Virus record (IMG/VR): IMGVR_UViG_3300007072_000007
Coordinates: 1-64,000 of that record
Length of the DNA: 64,000 nucleotides
Source of the DNA: a virus
Direction: 5' to 3' (one strand)
Part shown: piece by piece, positions 38,233 to 47,304 of the stretch
Position numbering within the stretch: the stretch's first letter is position 1
Layout of the letters: the number at the start of each line of letters is the position of its first letter
The notes under the pieces: model-generated
What the model was told of the DNA's origin: nothing
What the model saw: only the letters and a program-made list of their open reading frames with translations
Database searches by the model: none
Position numbers and translations under genes: made by a program

Positions 38233-39636
38233 ATGGAGGTTGTGGTGGACCACGGTGCGTACCGTGAGCGGTTCAGCGAGTCCTTCCAGCGTCATGCGCT
38301 GGCCGTCCTGTCTCGCTCGCCGTCATTGTCGTTGCGATTTCGTTCCGTTCTGGACCCGCAGTATTTCTCTACCGACGCGATGCGCTGCGTCGCATCGGCC
38401 CTGCTGCGCCATGTGGACTCCGAACGCGCCGTTCCCCATCGGGAAACGCTCGCGCAGACCGCGAGGGAGTTGGCGGGGGAAAAGGGCCGTGAGGGTGTCG
38501 ATAAACTGGTTTCTGCTCTCTACGCCGATGACGTGGGGGACGAGGCGGCGGTGGCGGCGAAACTGGTCGCCTTCGGGAAACAGCGCGCGATGGTCAATGC
38601 CGTGCTCAAGGCGGCGAGCCGTATCGACGCAGGGGATTCCGATGCGGTTCTTCCGCTGATTCAGGAGGCGCAGCAGGTCGGTGCGGACGTTCTGGACATC
38701 GGTATCTCCTATCACGTTTCCGACGAGCGAAAGACGTGGTACGAGTCGGACGGCGACGAGGAATACATCCCGACAGGCATCGTCCATCTCGACGAAGCGA
38801 TGGGAGGCGGTCTTGGGCGCGGGGAGTTGGGGTGCATTTTCTCGCCTCCGAAGCGCGGGAAAACATCCGCGCTCATCAACTTCGCCTTCGGGGCCATCAC
38901 GTCGCACATGGGGTACAACGTCGTTTACTACTCGTGCGAGATGGCGGACAGGAAGATAGCCCGGCGGTTGGACGCGCGACTGTCCGGCCCCTATTTCCAG
39001 TATCGGGGGACGGACCCCGAAAAGTACGTCGCGGGTCTGGCGGAGCGGGCGCGGTCCTTCGTTCGGGGACGCCTGGTGGTCAAGTCCTACCCGACGAGAA
39101 AACTCACGCCCACGATGATTCGTTCTCATCTGTCCGTTCTGGAAGGGCAGGGTTTTCGGCCCGACTTGCTCATTGTCGATTACGCCGACATCATGCGGGC
39201 CGAGCGGCGTCTGGGCGAGATGCGGAACGAGCAGGCGGGTATCTACGAGGATTTGCGCGAAATCGCGGGCGATTACAACGTCGCCGTATGGACTGGGAGC
39301 CAGGCGAAGCGGGATTCGCTGGACAAGGATATTCTGACCATCGCCGACCTCGCCGAATCATTCGAGAAGGCCGCCATCGTGGACGCGGCGGTGGCGTTCT
39401 GCCAGTCCGCTGATGAGGTCGTGGACCGGCGGTGTCGTCTGGTGCTGGCTGCCATGCGCGAGACGGAAAGCGGTTGCGTGGTCGTGTGCAGCATCGACCG
39501 AGCGAGGTGCAAGATTGTCTCTACCGACCTGCTGGACCCGTCGCAGTTGGAAATCCGGTCGGAGGGGGACGGCGGGGACAGGCGAAGGTTGCAGCGGAAG
39601 TTCAACCTGCGAAAGCCCAGGAGGCGGGATGAATGA
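38233..39636 (+). CDS. Replicative DNA helicase (DnaB/T4 gp41-like)
   Basis: IPTGIVHLD, SPPKRGKT, YSCEM, IVDYAD, WTGSQ; true start is 38233 or GTG 38245. Confidence 0.9.
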   Translation: MEVVVDHGAYRERFSESFQRHALAVLSRSPSLSLRFRSVLDPQYFSTDAMRCVASALLRHVDSERAVPHRETLAQTARELAGEKGREGVDKLVSALYADDVGDEAAVAAKLVAFGKQRAMVNAVLKAASRIDAGDSDAVLPLIQEAQQVGADVLDIGISYHVSDERKTWYESDGDEEYIPTGIVHLDEAMGGGLGRGELGCIFSPPKRGKTSALINFAFGAITSHMGYNVVYYSCEMADRKIARRLDARLSGPYFQYRGTDPEKYVAGLAERARSFVRGRLVVKSYPTRKLTPTMIRSHLSVLEGQGFRPDLLIVDYADIMRAERRLGEMRNEQAGIYEDLREIAGDYNVAVWTGSQAKRDSLDKDILTIADLAESFEKAAIVDAAVAFCQSADEVVDRRCRLVLAAMRETESGCVVVCSIDRARCKIVSTDLLDPSQLEIRSEGDGGDRRRLQRKFNLRKPRRRDE

Positions 39637-40630
39637 AGGCCGCCTGTTAGCCTACCTCGATGATCGGCTCGGCGGGCATACCGGCTCAGGGCCGGAATAT
39701 CAGTATCATTGTCCGTTCTGTATCGACAGGGTGGGCGACGAGTCCACCAAGCGGAAACTGTGGGTCAACGTCGCAAAGGGAAAGGCGTTCTGCTACCGAT
39801 GCGGGTTCTCGGCCGCAACGGTGCGGTATCTCTTGACGGCCGCGTGCGGCGGCGAGTTGGACGCGGCGGCTCAGGCGGTGCTGGATGAATCCCCGCTGTC
39901 GGTGGAAGCCGGGCGGCTGGAGGAAGCGTTGCGGTCGCGGTCCGTCTCTACGGTCGAAACGCCTCCGAAGCCGGTTCCCCTGCCGCCGGAGTTTCGGCAT
40001 TTATCGCGCTGTAAATCCGGTCCGTACCGGAGAGGCCCGGACTATCTGTTTCGCCAGCGCGGGGTGTCGCCGGAGCGGGCGCGCGATTTCGGGGTCGGGT
40101 ATTGTGCCTACGGGAAGTACGCCCAGCGCGTCGTCTTTCCGGTCTGGCAGGGCGGGCGTCAGGTGTATTTCACGACTCGGACGGTTTTGAGTTCTGATCG
40201 TGTTCCGAAAACGCTGAACCCGCCAAACGAGGACGGGCACTACCGCCGGACGGACTGCCTGCTGGGGTTCGACCGATGCGTTGGCGCGCCGCTGGTTGCG
40301 GTGGTCGAGGGGCCGCTGGACTGCATGGCGTTCGATTATGCGGTCGCGTTGATGGGGTCCACGATTGCCCGTCCGCAGGTGGACTTGCTGGTGCGCCTTG
40401 CGGAAAGCGGAATGACCGAGTGTGTCGTCGCCCTGGACGCTGACGCGGCGGAGAAGGCTGCCGCTATCTACGCGGTGCTGGCCGACGCTCTGCCGTGCCG
40501 TGTTTCCGTTCTGTCGCTGGACTGGGGCGACCCCCACGACCGGAGGAATGAGTTGCCCCGCTTGCTTGCGGCTCGTTCCCAGGGTGTTCCGCTGTTGGCG
40601 CGCGTAGCAAGATTGTCGAGCGGTAGATAA
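39629..40630 (+). CDS. DNA primase
   Basis: CPFC...CYRC zinc finger; TOPRIM motifs VVEGPLD and LDADA. Confidence 0.88.
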   Translation: MNEGRLLAYLDDRLGGHTGSGPEYQYHCPFCIDRVGDESTKRKLWVNVAKGKAFCYRCGFSAATVRYLLTAACGGELDAAAQAVLDESPLSVEAGRLEEALRSRSVSTVETPPKPVPLPPEFRHLSRCKSGPYRRGPDYLFRQRGVSPERARDFGVGYCAYGKYAQRVVFPVWQGGRQVYFTTRTVLSSDRVPKTLNPPNEDGHYRRTDCLLGFDRCVGAPLVAVVEGPLDCMAFDYAVALMGSTIARPQVDLLVRLAESGMTECVVALDADAAEKAAAIYAVLADALPCRVSVLSLDWGDPHDRRNELPRLLAARSQGVPLLARVARLSSGR

Positions 40631-40637
40631 ATGACGC

Positions 40638-40666
40638 TTGACATGCGTTGGAGTGTTCGGTAATAT
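40638..40666 (+). promoter_or_regulatory. Sigma70-type promoter
   Basis: TTGACA-17-TAATAT. Confidence 0.8.
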
Positions 40667-40757
40667 CTTCTCGGCGTCGATGGTTCATCGGGGCGGCCCG
40701 GTGGGTCGATGGTCAACCTGCGAATCGTCCGGGGTGCGTGCCCGGAAAGGAGTAGTT

Positions 40758-41828
40758 ATGTCGTTCGCGTCGAAAGTCAAGGTAGGGGCGGTTCAAGCCG
40801 ATCCCGTCTCGCCGGGGTTTGTCCTGCCAGCCCCCGATGTGGTCCACTATCCTGCCAACGCCGTCGATGAGTTTCGGCGCGCCCTGACCGAGCAGGAGGC
40901 CGCCGTCGAGTATGTGGACGGTTCCGCTCTCGGTGAGTTCGACTTGACGGGTCAGACCGAAAACGGTCTGGTCGTGTCGCAAGCGGCTTTCAGCGACCTC
41001 TGTCACGTCTGCAACGTCCCCTCCTCCTTCGTTCGCCGTGTCGCTCAGTTCGACGAGGACGTGGCGAGGACTCTGGTTGGTAGCGTCATCCGCAACGTCT
41101 GGCAGGCGGAGTTCGCCTCGTCCCGCCGTCTGGTGGTGGACCGCCGCAACAACCGTATCGAGGGCATCGTCGGTGTGGACTCGTATTCTCCCTTGTCGAA
41201 CGCCCGCGCGGTGAACTACATCATGTCGTCGATGCCGGGTCTGGAGATTTCCGGCGGGTGGATTGTCGGACCGTCCATCCGTGTCACCGCCCTGACGCCA
41301 AGGCGGGTCGAGGTCCGCAAAGGCGACATCGTGCGCATCGGGACCGACGCGCAGAACTCCATCGCGGGGGACCGTTCGTTCCTGTCGTCGCTCTACATGG
41401 AGCGGCTGGTTTGCATCAACGGGTTGACCAGCCGTTCCGATGAGTCCGTCGTCCGCGTGGTGCATCGCGGGGACGTGCATGATGCGGTGCAGGGGTCGTT
41501 GGTTCGTTCGGTTCACCGCGCTGAACGCCTCATCGAGTGGTCGTCGGTAGCGGCCAATCAGTTCGTCAGTCCCGATGAAATCGTCAGCATCCGCAGGTTC
41601 ATCGCGGAGTCGTCCAACGGCGGGGGGGCCAAGGTGGACCTGGCCGTGACACGACTGGCCCAGGACGAGGCGATGAGCGAGGGGCGCGCGCCGGAGGAGT
41701 TGACCCTGTGGAACTGGGTCAACGGACTGACTGCGCATGCTCGGTCGATTTCGGCTCCGAATCGTCGCGTGGTGGTGGAGGACTTGGCCTACCGGACTCT
41801 GGCGCGGTTCGTGGCGGAACTGAACTGA
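40758..41828 (+). CDS. DUF932-like protein
   Basis: 'NS..G', 'RLVCINGL', 'TLWNWVNGLT'; RBS AAGGAG. Confidence 0.65.
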   Translation: MSFASKVKVGAVQADPVSPGFVLPAPDVVHYPANAVDEFRRALTEQEAAVEYVDGSALGEFDLTGQTENGLVVSQAAFSDLCHVCNVPSSFVRRVAQFDEDVARTLVGSVIRNVWQAEFASSRRLVVDRRNNRIEGIVGVDSYSPLSNARAVNYIMSSMPGLEISGGWIVGPSIRVTALTPRRVEVRKGDIVRIGTDAQNSIAGDRSFLSSLYMERLVCINGLTSRSDESVVRVVHRGDVHDAVQGSLVRSVHRAERLIEWSSVAANQFVSPDEIVSIRRFIAESSNGGGAKVDLAVTRLAQDEAMSEGRAPEELTLWNWVNGLTAHARSISAPNRRVVVEDLAYRTLARFVAELN

Positions 41829-41836
41829 AGCGTCTC

Positions 41837-41875
41837 GCGGGGGCGGTGCGGAAACGTGCCGTCCCCGTTTTTTTC
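41837..41875 (+). terminator. Intrinsic terminator
   Basis: GC-rich stem with GAAA loop and T7 tract. Confidence 0.85.
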
Positions 41876-41881
41876 TCAAGT

Positions 41882-42085
41882 ATGACCTTCCGATTGCCGA
41901 CGTGTTACGGGGAGCCTGCGGTGTGCCGTGCCTGCGAGGAGTGCGGTGTGCGGGCCGAGTGTCTCGCCGAGCATCGGCGGGGCCGAAGCGTGTTTCTACT
42001 GCCGAGGAGTTATGAGCGTACCCGAACGAAACGAGAGGTTGCGGTGGCTGCTGCACGTTCTGCTGACTCCGAACGGGATGAGTGA
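41882..42085 (+). CDS. Small Cys-cluster protein
   Basis: LPTCYGEPAVCRACEECGVRAEC. Confidence 0.5.
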   Translation: MTFRLPTCYGEPAVCRACEECGVRAECLAEHRRGRSVFLLPRSYERTRTKREVAVAAARSADSERDE

Positions 42086-42224
42086 GGTAACGCCGTGGGT
42101 GCTGGCGGACGAGAACGGAACGCGATACGGCATGATGACGGCGGAGCAGGCGTTGGCCGAAAACCAGCGGCTCGCAGACCAGAATGCGCCGGGCGGGCGG
42201 TGGGAGCCGCGCATCGACTCGTAG
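42078..42224 (+). CDS. Small hypothetical protein
   Basis: 48-aa ORF coupled to its neighbours. Confidence 0.35.
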   Translation: MSEVTPWVLADENGTRYGMMTAEQALAENQRLADQNAPGGRWEPRIDS

Positions 42225-45082
42225 CCCCGTCGTCGGAGAATCCGCGCACGGGGTGCAACTACTGCCCGTTGTCGCCCCTGTGCGCGGATTTCAGGTTGCC
42301 CTTGCCGGACGGTTCTGTTCCGCAGGCGACGTTCGCGCGCGACGCCGCCAAGATTGTCGCGCGGTTGCACGACCCGCACACCATACGGACCCGCAACGTA
42401 TCGCAGGACTGGACGCCGGTGGACATCCTGTTTGTCGGGGAGGCTCCTGGGGCTGACGAGGACAAGCGGGGCGAGCCGTTCGTCGGCAGGTCTGGAAAAC
42501 TGCTGCGCGACGTGGTGGCCGACGTGGTGCTGAAGCATCATCCAGACGTTCGGGTCGGCTACTCCAATCTGGTTCGATGCCGGCCGCCCCGCAACCGAGA
42601 GCCGAGCCGGACCGAAATCGCGTCCTGCGCCCCCGAACTGCTGCGGGAGATAGCCGCGCGGAAGCCGAAAGTCCTGGTTCCTCTTGGCAACGCCAGTCTC
42701 GGCTACCTGACCGGCATGACGGGCATCACGACCGTCTGTGGTTGCGTGGTTCCGTGTACGGTGCGGGGTCTGGAGGACATGCGGGTCGTTCCTTGCGTTC
42801 ACCCGGCCTACGTTCTGCGGGCCGACCACGAGATAGACCGATTCGCCGACGCCATCGGAAAGGCGGGGGAGGTGGCGTGCGGGGGGTATCGGCCTCGGAA
42901 AGGAGCCGGGCGGTACGTTACGCTCACGTCAGCCGATGATGTGGAGGCGTTGGTGGACGCGCTGCTGGAGGACGGGCGGAGGGGCGTAGTTACGGCCTTC
43001 GATACCGAGACAGGCTCCCTGACGCCGTTTCAGGACCGATTCCCGCGACTTCTGTGCTTCTCATTCTCAAACGAAGAAGGGACCGGGTATGTCGTTCCGT
43101 TCGACCATCCCGAAAGCCCCTATTTACGCGACGTAAATGCCAGGGAGCGCGTCAAGGCCGCGCTGGTGCGGTTCTTTTCGGCGGACGTTCCTCGTGTAGG
43201 GCAGAACGAGAAGTTCGACAGGCAGCACATCCAGCACGCGCTGGGGGTGGAAATCGCTGGGCTGGTCTATGACACGATGACGATGCACATGCTGATTGAC
43301 GAGCGGCGGGGGACGCATGGCCTAGACCGCTTGGCGGTCCACTATACGGGCATGGGAGGCTACCACAAGCCGCTCGACGATTACGTTCGATCCCACAAGG
43401 ACGCCGACCCTTCGAGGGGCGGGAGTTACGCCCACATCCCGGCCGACCTGCTGTTCGCCTATGCCGCCGCCGATGCTGACGTAACGCTTCGGGTGTTCCA
43501 CCGCTTGAGGTCGTTGCCGGAATACAAGGAGAACGAGCGTTTTCAGGTTATCGCCGAGAAGTATCTACCTCGGTTGAGCCGGACGTTGGCGCGCATGGAG
43601 TATGCGGGGGCGCGTCGTGATGAGAAGGTGGTCCTGCGGTTGCGGGACGAGTGGGAGTCGAAACGCGCTGGAGCGGAATCCGCAATACGGGCGGATGCGC
43701 AGGTCCAGCGGTACGAGGCCGACCGAAAAGCCGAGAATCCGAAGTTCGTGTTCAACCCAGGCTCGGATGCACAGGTCGGGAAGGTGCTGTGGGACTACTA
43801 CCGACTTTTGCCGGGAGAGTTCACGGATACCGGATTCGATGTCGCCGCCGCTCGCCTGACTCGCGCTGTCAAGCACAATCCTTCCGCGACTCTTTCCGAC
43901 ATCGCGGCGGAGATGGTGCGCCGCAAGGAGTGGTCCATGTTCAGCACGAAGAGCGATGTGCTGAACGGCTACGCGAGGGAGGGGAACGTGCTCGCTCCCC
44001 TGATTCTCGCCTACCGTGAGGCCAGCAAACTGCTTGGGACTTACATCGAACCGATGCTGCACCAGGCTGTGGACGGGATGATTCACGGCTCGTTTCACAT
44101 GGGCGGGGCGGCGACGGGTCGGCTGTCGTCGTCCGACCCGAACCTTCAGAACATCCCCCTGTCGATGCGGAAGGCGTATTGCTCAAGATTCGACGACGGG
44201 TACATCCTGTCGGCGGACTACTCGCAGATCGAACTGCGGGTCGCGGCGTCCCTCTTCCGCGACCGCCCGATGATTCAGACGTATCGCAAGGGAGACGACC
44301 TGCATCTGCGGACGTGTCTCGAAGTGTTCGGCATGACCGAGCAGGAGTACCGCGCGTTGCCGAAGGAAGTTCAGAAGGAGCGGCGGACCTGCGCCAAGGC
44401 CGTCAACTTCGGGATCATTTACAGCATCGGTCCTGAAGGACTCCAGACCGCTCTACGGCGGAACGGGGTGTTCGTGTCCGTTTCGCGGTGCGAACGCATG
44501 ATTCGGGCGTTCGAGAACGCCCACCAGGACTTGGTGGGCAACATGGAGAGGTTATGGAGGCAGGTGCGGAGGACCGGACAGGTTGTGTCCTACACCGGAC
44601 GGGTTCGGCGTCTGCCGGAGGTGTTTTCGTCGTTGCCTGAGTTGGTGGGTCGGGCGAGGCGGCAGGCGATCAACTTCCCCGTGCAGTACGGCGCGGCGGA
44701 GATGACTCTGATGGCGCTGGTGCTCATCGACGAGGAAATCCGGCGGCGGGGGTGGCGGTCGGTTCCCATCGTTACGGTACACGATTCCATCGTGGTCGAT
44801 TGTCCCGCGAAGGAGGTCGTTCCGGTGGCGAAGATGATGAAGCGCATCATGGAGCATCTGCCGGACTACGCCGACGCTGTGCTGCCCGGCATCGACTGGT
44901 CTTGGCTGCGGGTTCCGATTGTCGCCGAGTTCGATGTCGGGAAGTCGTGGGGCGGCGTCGAGTTCGACCCGGACGCCATCACGTCGCGTCGGCCGGACTC
45001 CCCGTTGTACGGCCAGGACGGAAAACTGGCCCGTCGCCCCGCGACTGAGCGGGAGTTGTTTGAGTGTGCGGTGGCAGCGTAA
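42200..45082 (+). CDS. Family A DNA polymerase with N-terminal family-4 uracil-DNA glycosylase domain and 3'-5' exonuclease
   Basis: UDG: FVGEAPG.DED..GEPFVG.SG, CRPP.NR.P, HPAY; exonuclease: FDTETG, N.KFD, YAAAD; polymerase: TGRLSS, DYSQIELR, KAVNFGIIY, VHDS; start uncertain (42095-42200). Confidence 0.93.
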   Translation: MGAAHRLVAPSSENPRTGCNYCPLSPLCADFRLPLPDGSVPQATFARDAAKIVARLHDPHTIRTRNVSQDWTPVDILFVGEAPGADEDKRGEPFVGRSGKLLRDVVADVVLKHHPDVRVGYSNLVRCRPPRNREPSRTEIASCAPELLREIAARKPKVLVPLGNASLGYLTGMTGITTVCGCVVPCTVRGLEDMRVVPCVHPAYVLRADHEIDRFADAIGKAGEVACGGYRPRKGAGRYVTLTSADDVEALVDALLEDGRRGVVTAFDTETGSLTPFQDRFPRLLCFSFSNEEGTGYVVPFDHPESPYLRDVNARERVKAALVRFFSADVPRVGQNEKFDRQHIQHALGVEIAGLVYDTMTMHMLIDERRGTHGLDRLAVHYTGMGGYHKPLDDYVRSHKDADPSRGGSYAHIPADLLFAYAAADADVTLRVFHRLRSLPEYKENERFQVIAEKYLPRLSRTLARMEYAGARRDEKVVLRLRDEWESKRAGAESAIRADAQVQRYEADRKAENPKFVFNPGSDAQVGKVLWDYYRLLPGEFTDTGFDVAAARLTRAVKHNPSATLSDIAAEMVRRKEWSMFSTKSDVLNGYAREGNVLAPLILAYREASKLLGTYIEPMLHQAVDGMIHGSFHMGGAATGRLSSSDPNLQNIPLSMRKAYCSRFDDGYILSADYSQIELRVAASLFRDRPMIQTYRKGDDLHLRTCLEVFGMTEQEYRALPKEVQKERRTCAKAVNFGIIYSIGPEGLQTALRRNGVFVSVSRCERMIRAFENAHQDLVGNMERLWRQVRRTGQVVSYTGRVRRLPEVFSSLPELVGRARRQAINFPVQYGAAEMTLMALVLIDEEIRRRGWRSVPIVTVHDSIVVDCPAKEVVPVAKMMKRIMEHLPDYADAVLPGIDWSWLRVPIVAEFDVGKSWGGVEFDPDAITSRRPDSPLYGQDGKLARRPATERELFECAVAA
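43122..43138. repeat. Variant palindrome ATTTACGCGACGTAAAT inside the polymerase gene
   Basis: Outer arms perfect; centre differs. Confidence 0.75.
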
Positions 45083-45099
45083 ATATGCCTACTAATCGC

Positions 45100-45128
45100 T
45101 TGACACAGCCGAAGGGTCGTGGTAGTAT
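45100..45128 (+). promoter_or_regulatory. Sigma70-type promoter
   Basis: TTGACA-17-TAGTAT with TGn; palindrome half-site at 45074-45084. Confidence 0.75.
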
Positions 45129-45171
45129 TCGTCGTCGTGGAGCATTTCACGGCGAAAGTTGTCTTGCGGGC

Positions 45172-45606
45172 GTGGTGTTGACGCTGATTCTGGAAAACGG
45201 CGAGAAGGCGGAGTTTTCCGTGGCTGACGAAGTTGCGATTGATGCGGCGAGGGCGGTTGAGCAGGCGTCGGAAGCGCCGGCGCGCCTCGCGTTCTGGAAC
45301 TGGCAGGCCGCGCGTGCTGCGGCTGCTGTTCGTCGCCAGCAGGACCGGCTGACGCGGCTGGTCGCCATGTCGCGCCGCGTCTATCGGAAATGGATTGACG
45401 AGGAGACGGATCGTAGCAGTTCCGAGTTCGGTTTGGTCGGGGAGTACGTCGATACCGACCGGGACGTGGTGGCCGCGCGGAAGCGGCTGTCCGAGTTGCA
45501 GGAACAGGACGAGTTGGTTCAATCGGTGCGCGATGCGGTGGAGCATCGCGCTTTTGTTCTACGCCGCCTGATGGCGAACGAGTCCAATCAGGTCGATGAC
45601 CGCTAA
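45172..45606 (+). CDS. Helical protein, possible UvsY-like recombination mediator
   Basis: Size, coiled-coil character and position next to SSB and RecA; start uncertain. Confidence 0.4.
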   Translation: MVLTLILENGEKAEFSVADEVAIDAARAVEQASEAPARLAFWNWQAARAAAAVRRQQDRLTRLVAMSRRVYRKWIDEETDRSSSEFGLVGEYVDTDRDVVAARKRLSELQEQDELVQSVRDAVEHRAFVLRRLMANESNQVDDR

Positions 45607-45651
45607 TGACTCTATGCCCTGTGCGGCTGGTTTCTTTCAGGAGAGGGTGTC

Positions 45652-46896
45652 ATGCCCAAACTTTCCCCGGAAGTTCGCGCGAGGCTGATGGCGGATTCCG
45701 CCTCGATGCGAAGGTCGGTGCTCATCCGCTGCAACGCTTCCTTCACGAAGGGCCGCTACCGAATCCTTCCCCGCAAGGAGGGCGACCCGACGACCGCCGT
45801 TCGGGTCGTTACGCTGTGGAGCGACGCTTGCAAGGCGCACACGGTGTCGGTCGAGACGTTCGGGTTTCGTTGCCCCGTGATGGATTACCTGGCGAAGGCC
45901 AACAAGAAGGCCCGTCAGAAGGCTCGGAGCGTCGTCAACCCCAGCACCGAGTTCTACGCGGCTGTGCATGACCGTCTGGACCCTGGAAGCCCCGACGCCC
46001 CCAACATTCGGGTTCTGCCGCTCAAGCCCATCGCGTTCACGCAGATCAGCGACTACATGCGCGAGAGCGAGGACGACACGAGTGAGGGCGGGGACGACAT
46101 CCTCGATCCCAACGGCGGGCGGGACATCATCCTGCGGCGCAAGTCGCAGGGCGACCGGGTTACATGGACGGTCAAGTTCTGCGACCCGTCTCCGCTCGGC
46201 GCGCTTCGGCCGGGCGACGAGAAAGACCCCGCGTGGCATAAGGGGTTGCTCAAGGCCGCCGCCGACTTCAACGTGCGCGACCACATCTACCTCACGGATT
46301 GGTCGGTCGTTGAGTCGATTTACGAGGCGTTGACCGGCGAGCCGGTTCCTTCGAGTTATCGGAAGCAGGACGGTCTGGACGACGTTCTCTACGTCGATGA
46401 TGACGCCGGCGATGATGACGATGAGGACGACAGCGACGAGGACGCGCCCCCCCGCCGCGCGCCGAAGGCGAAGTCCGTCGATGACGACGAGGACACTGAC
46501 GATGATGATGACGCCAGCGACGACGAGGACGCCAGCGACGACGAGGATGCGCCCCCACGGCGTGCGCCGAAGGCGCAGGATGCCGACGGACCGGCGGCTA
46601 AGTACAAGCCGGACGACCGTGTTCGCTACCGGACTGAGGATGACGGTCCCGTACTGTTGTCCGGCAAGGTGCTCGACGTGAACCGTTCTGGAGGAGAGTA
46701 CGTTTACGGCGTGGAGTCCGATGCGGACGGTGCGGTGTACGACGTGCCGGAGAACTACATCGTGGGCTTCGCCGACAGTCCGAAGTCGGGCAGGAAGGTC
46801 AAGGGCGACTCAGGAGAAGCCCCCCCGTCGGTCGAGAGCGTTTCTCCCAACAAGCCGCTTGCGTCGGCGGCGATGAAGCGGCGGTTCAGCAAGTAG
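45652..46896 (+). CDS. Single-stranded DNA-binding protein (T4 gp32-like)
   Basis: 'YRILP', 'CPV', 'DILDPNGGRDIILRRK'; long acidic linker. Confidence 0.7.
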   Translation: MPKLSPEVRARLMADSASMRRSVLIRCNASFTKGRYRILPRKEGDPTTAVRVVTLWSDACKAHTVSVETFGFRCPVMDYLAKANKKARQKARSVVNPSTEFYAAVHDRLDPGSPDAPNIRVLPLKPIAFTQISDYMRESEDDTSEGGDDILDPNGGRDIILRRKSQGDRVTWTVKFCDPSPLGALRPGDEKDPAWHKGLLKAAADFNVRDHIYLTDWSVVESIYEALTGEPVPSSYRKQDGLDDVLYVDDDAGDDDDEDDSDEDAPPRRAPKAKSVDDDEDTDDDDDASDDEDASDDEDAPPRRAPKAQDADGPAAKYKPDDRVRYRTEDDGPVLLSGKVLDVNRSGGEYVYGVESDADGAVYDVPENYIVGFADSPKSGRKVKGDSGEAPPSVESVSPNKPLASAAMKRRFSK

Positions 46897-46913
46897 ATTT
46901 ACGCAGCGTAAAT
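46897..46913. repeat. Perfect palindrome ATTTACGCAGCGTAAAT
   Basis: Immediately after the SSB stop codon. Confidence 0.95.
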
Positions 46914-46942
46914 CGGTCCGGCATCGTGCCGGACCGATTTAC
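46908..46942 (+). terminator. 16-bp hairpin overlapping the palindrome (terminator-like)
   Basis: gtaaatcggtccggca-TCG-tgccggaccgatttac. Confidence 0.6.
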
Positions 46943-46959
46943 TGCTATCCGGGGGCATC

Positions 46960-47304
46960 ATGTTCAAGGCTGGAGATTCCGTTACGATTTCGGCGTCAAC
47001 GCCCATTTCCATCAGTAGGTTCGTGAACCTGAAGCCGCTGGTGTCGCTCACCAGAGTTGTCGGCGATGACGCCGAAGTGGACGCGATGCGGCGCGAGGTG
47101 GACGCTTTGTACGCGCAAGCCGTTCTGGACGAGTTGGACCGCTACGTGGCGTTCGCGTCGTGCGAGTCCACTGAGGACATAGCGAGAATCTGTCAGGAGA
47201 GAATCCGTGTTTTCCAAACGAGTGTCAGCCGCGTTGCGCCCGCCCGCCCCTCCGCTCGAAAAGGTCCGCATGGAGCGGGCGAAAGCCCATCGCAGGCCCG
47301 CTAA
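46960..47304 (+). CDS. Hypothetical protein
   Basis: 114-aa ORF. Confidence 0.5.
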   Translation: MFKAGDSVTISASTPISISRFVNLKPLVSLTRVVGDDAEVDAMRREVDALYAQAVLDELDRYVAFASCESTEDIARICQERIRVFQTSVSRVAPARPSARKGPHGAGESPSQAR

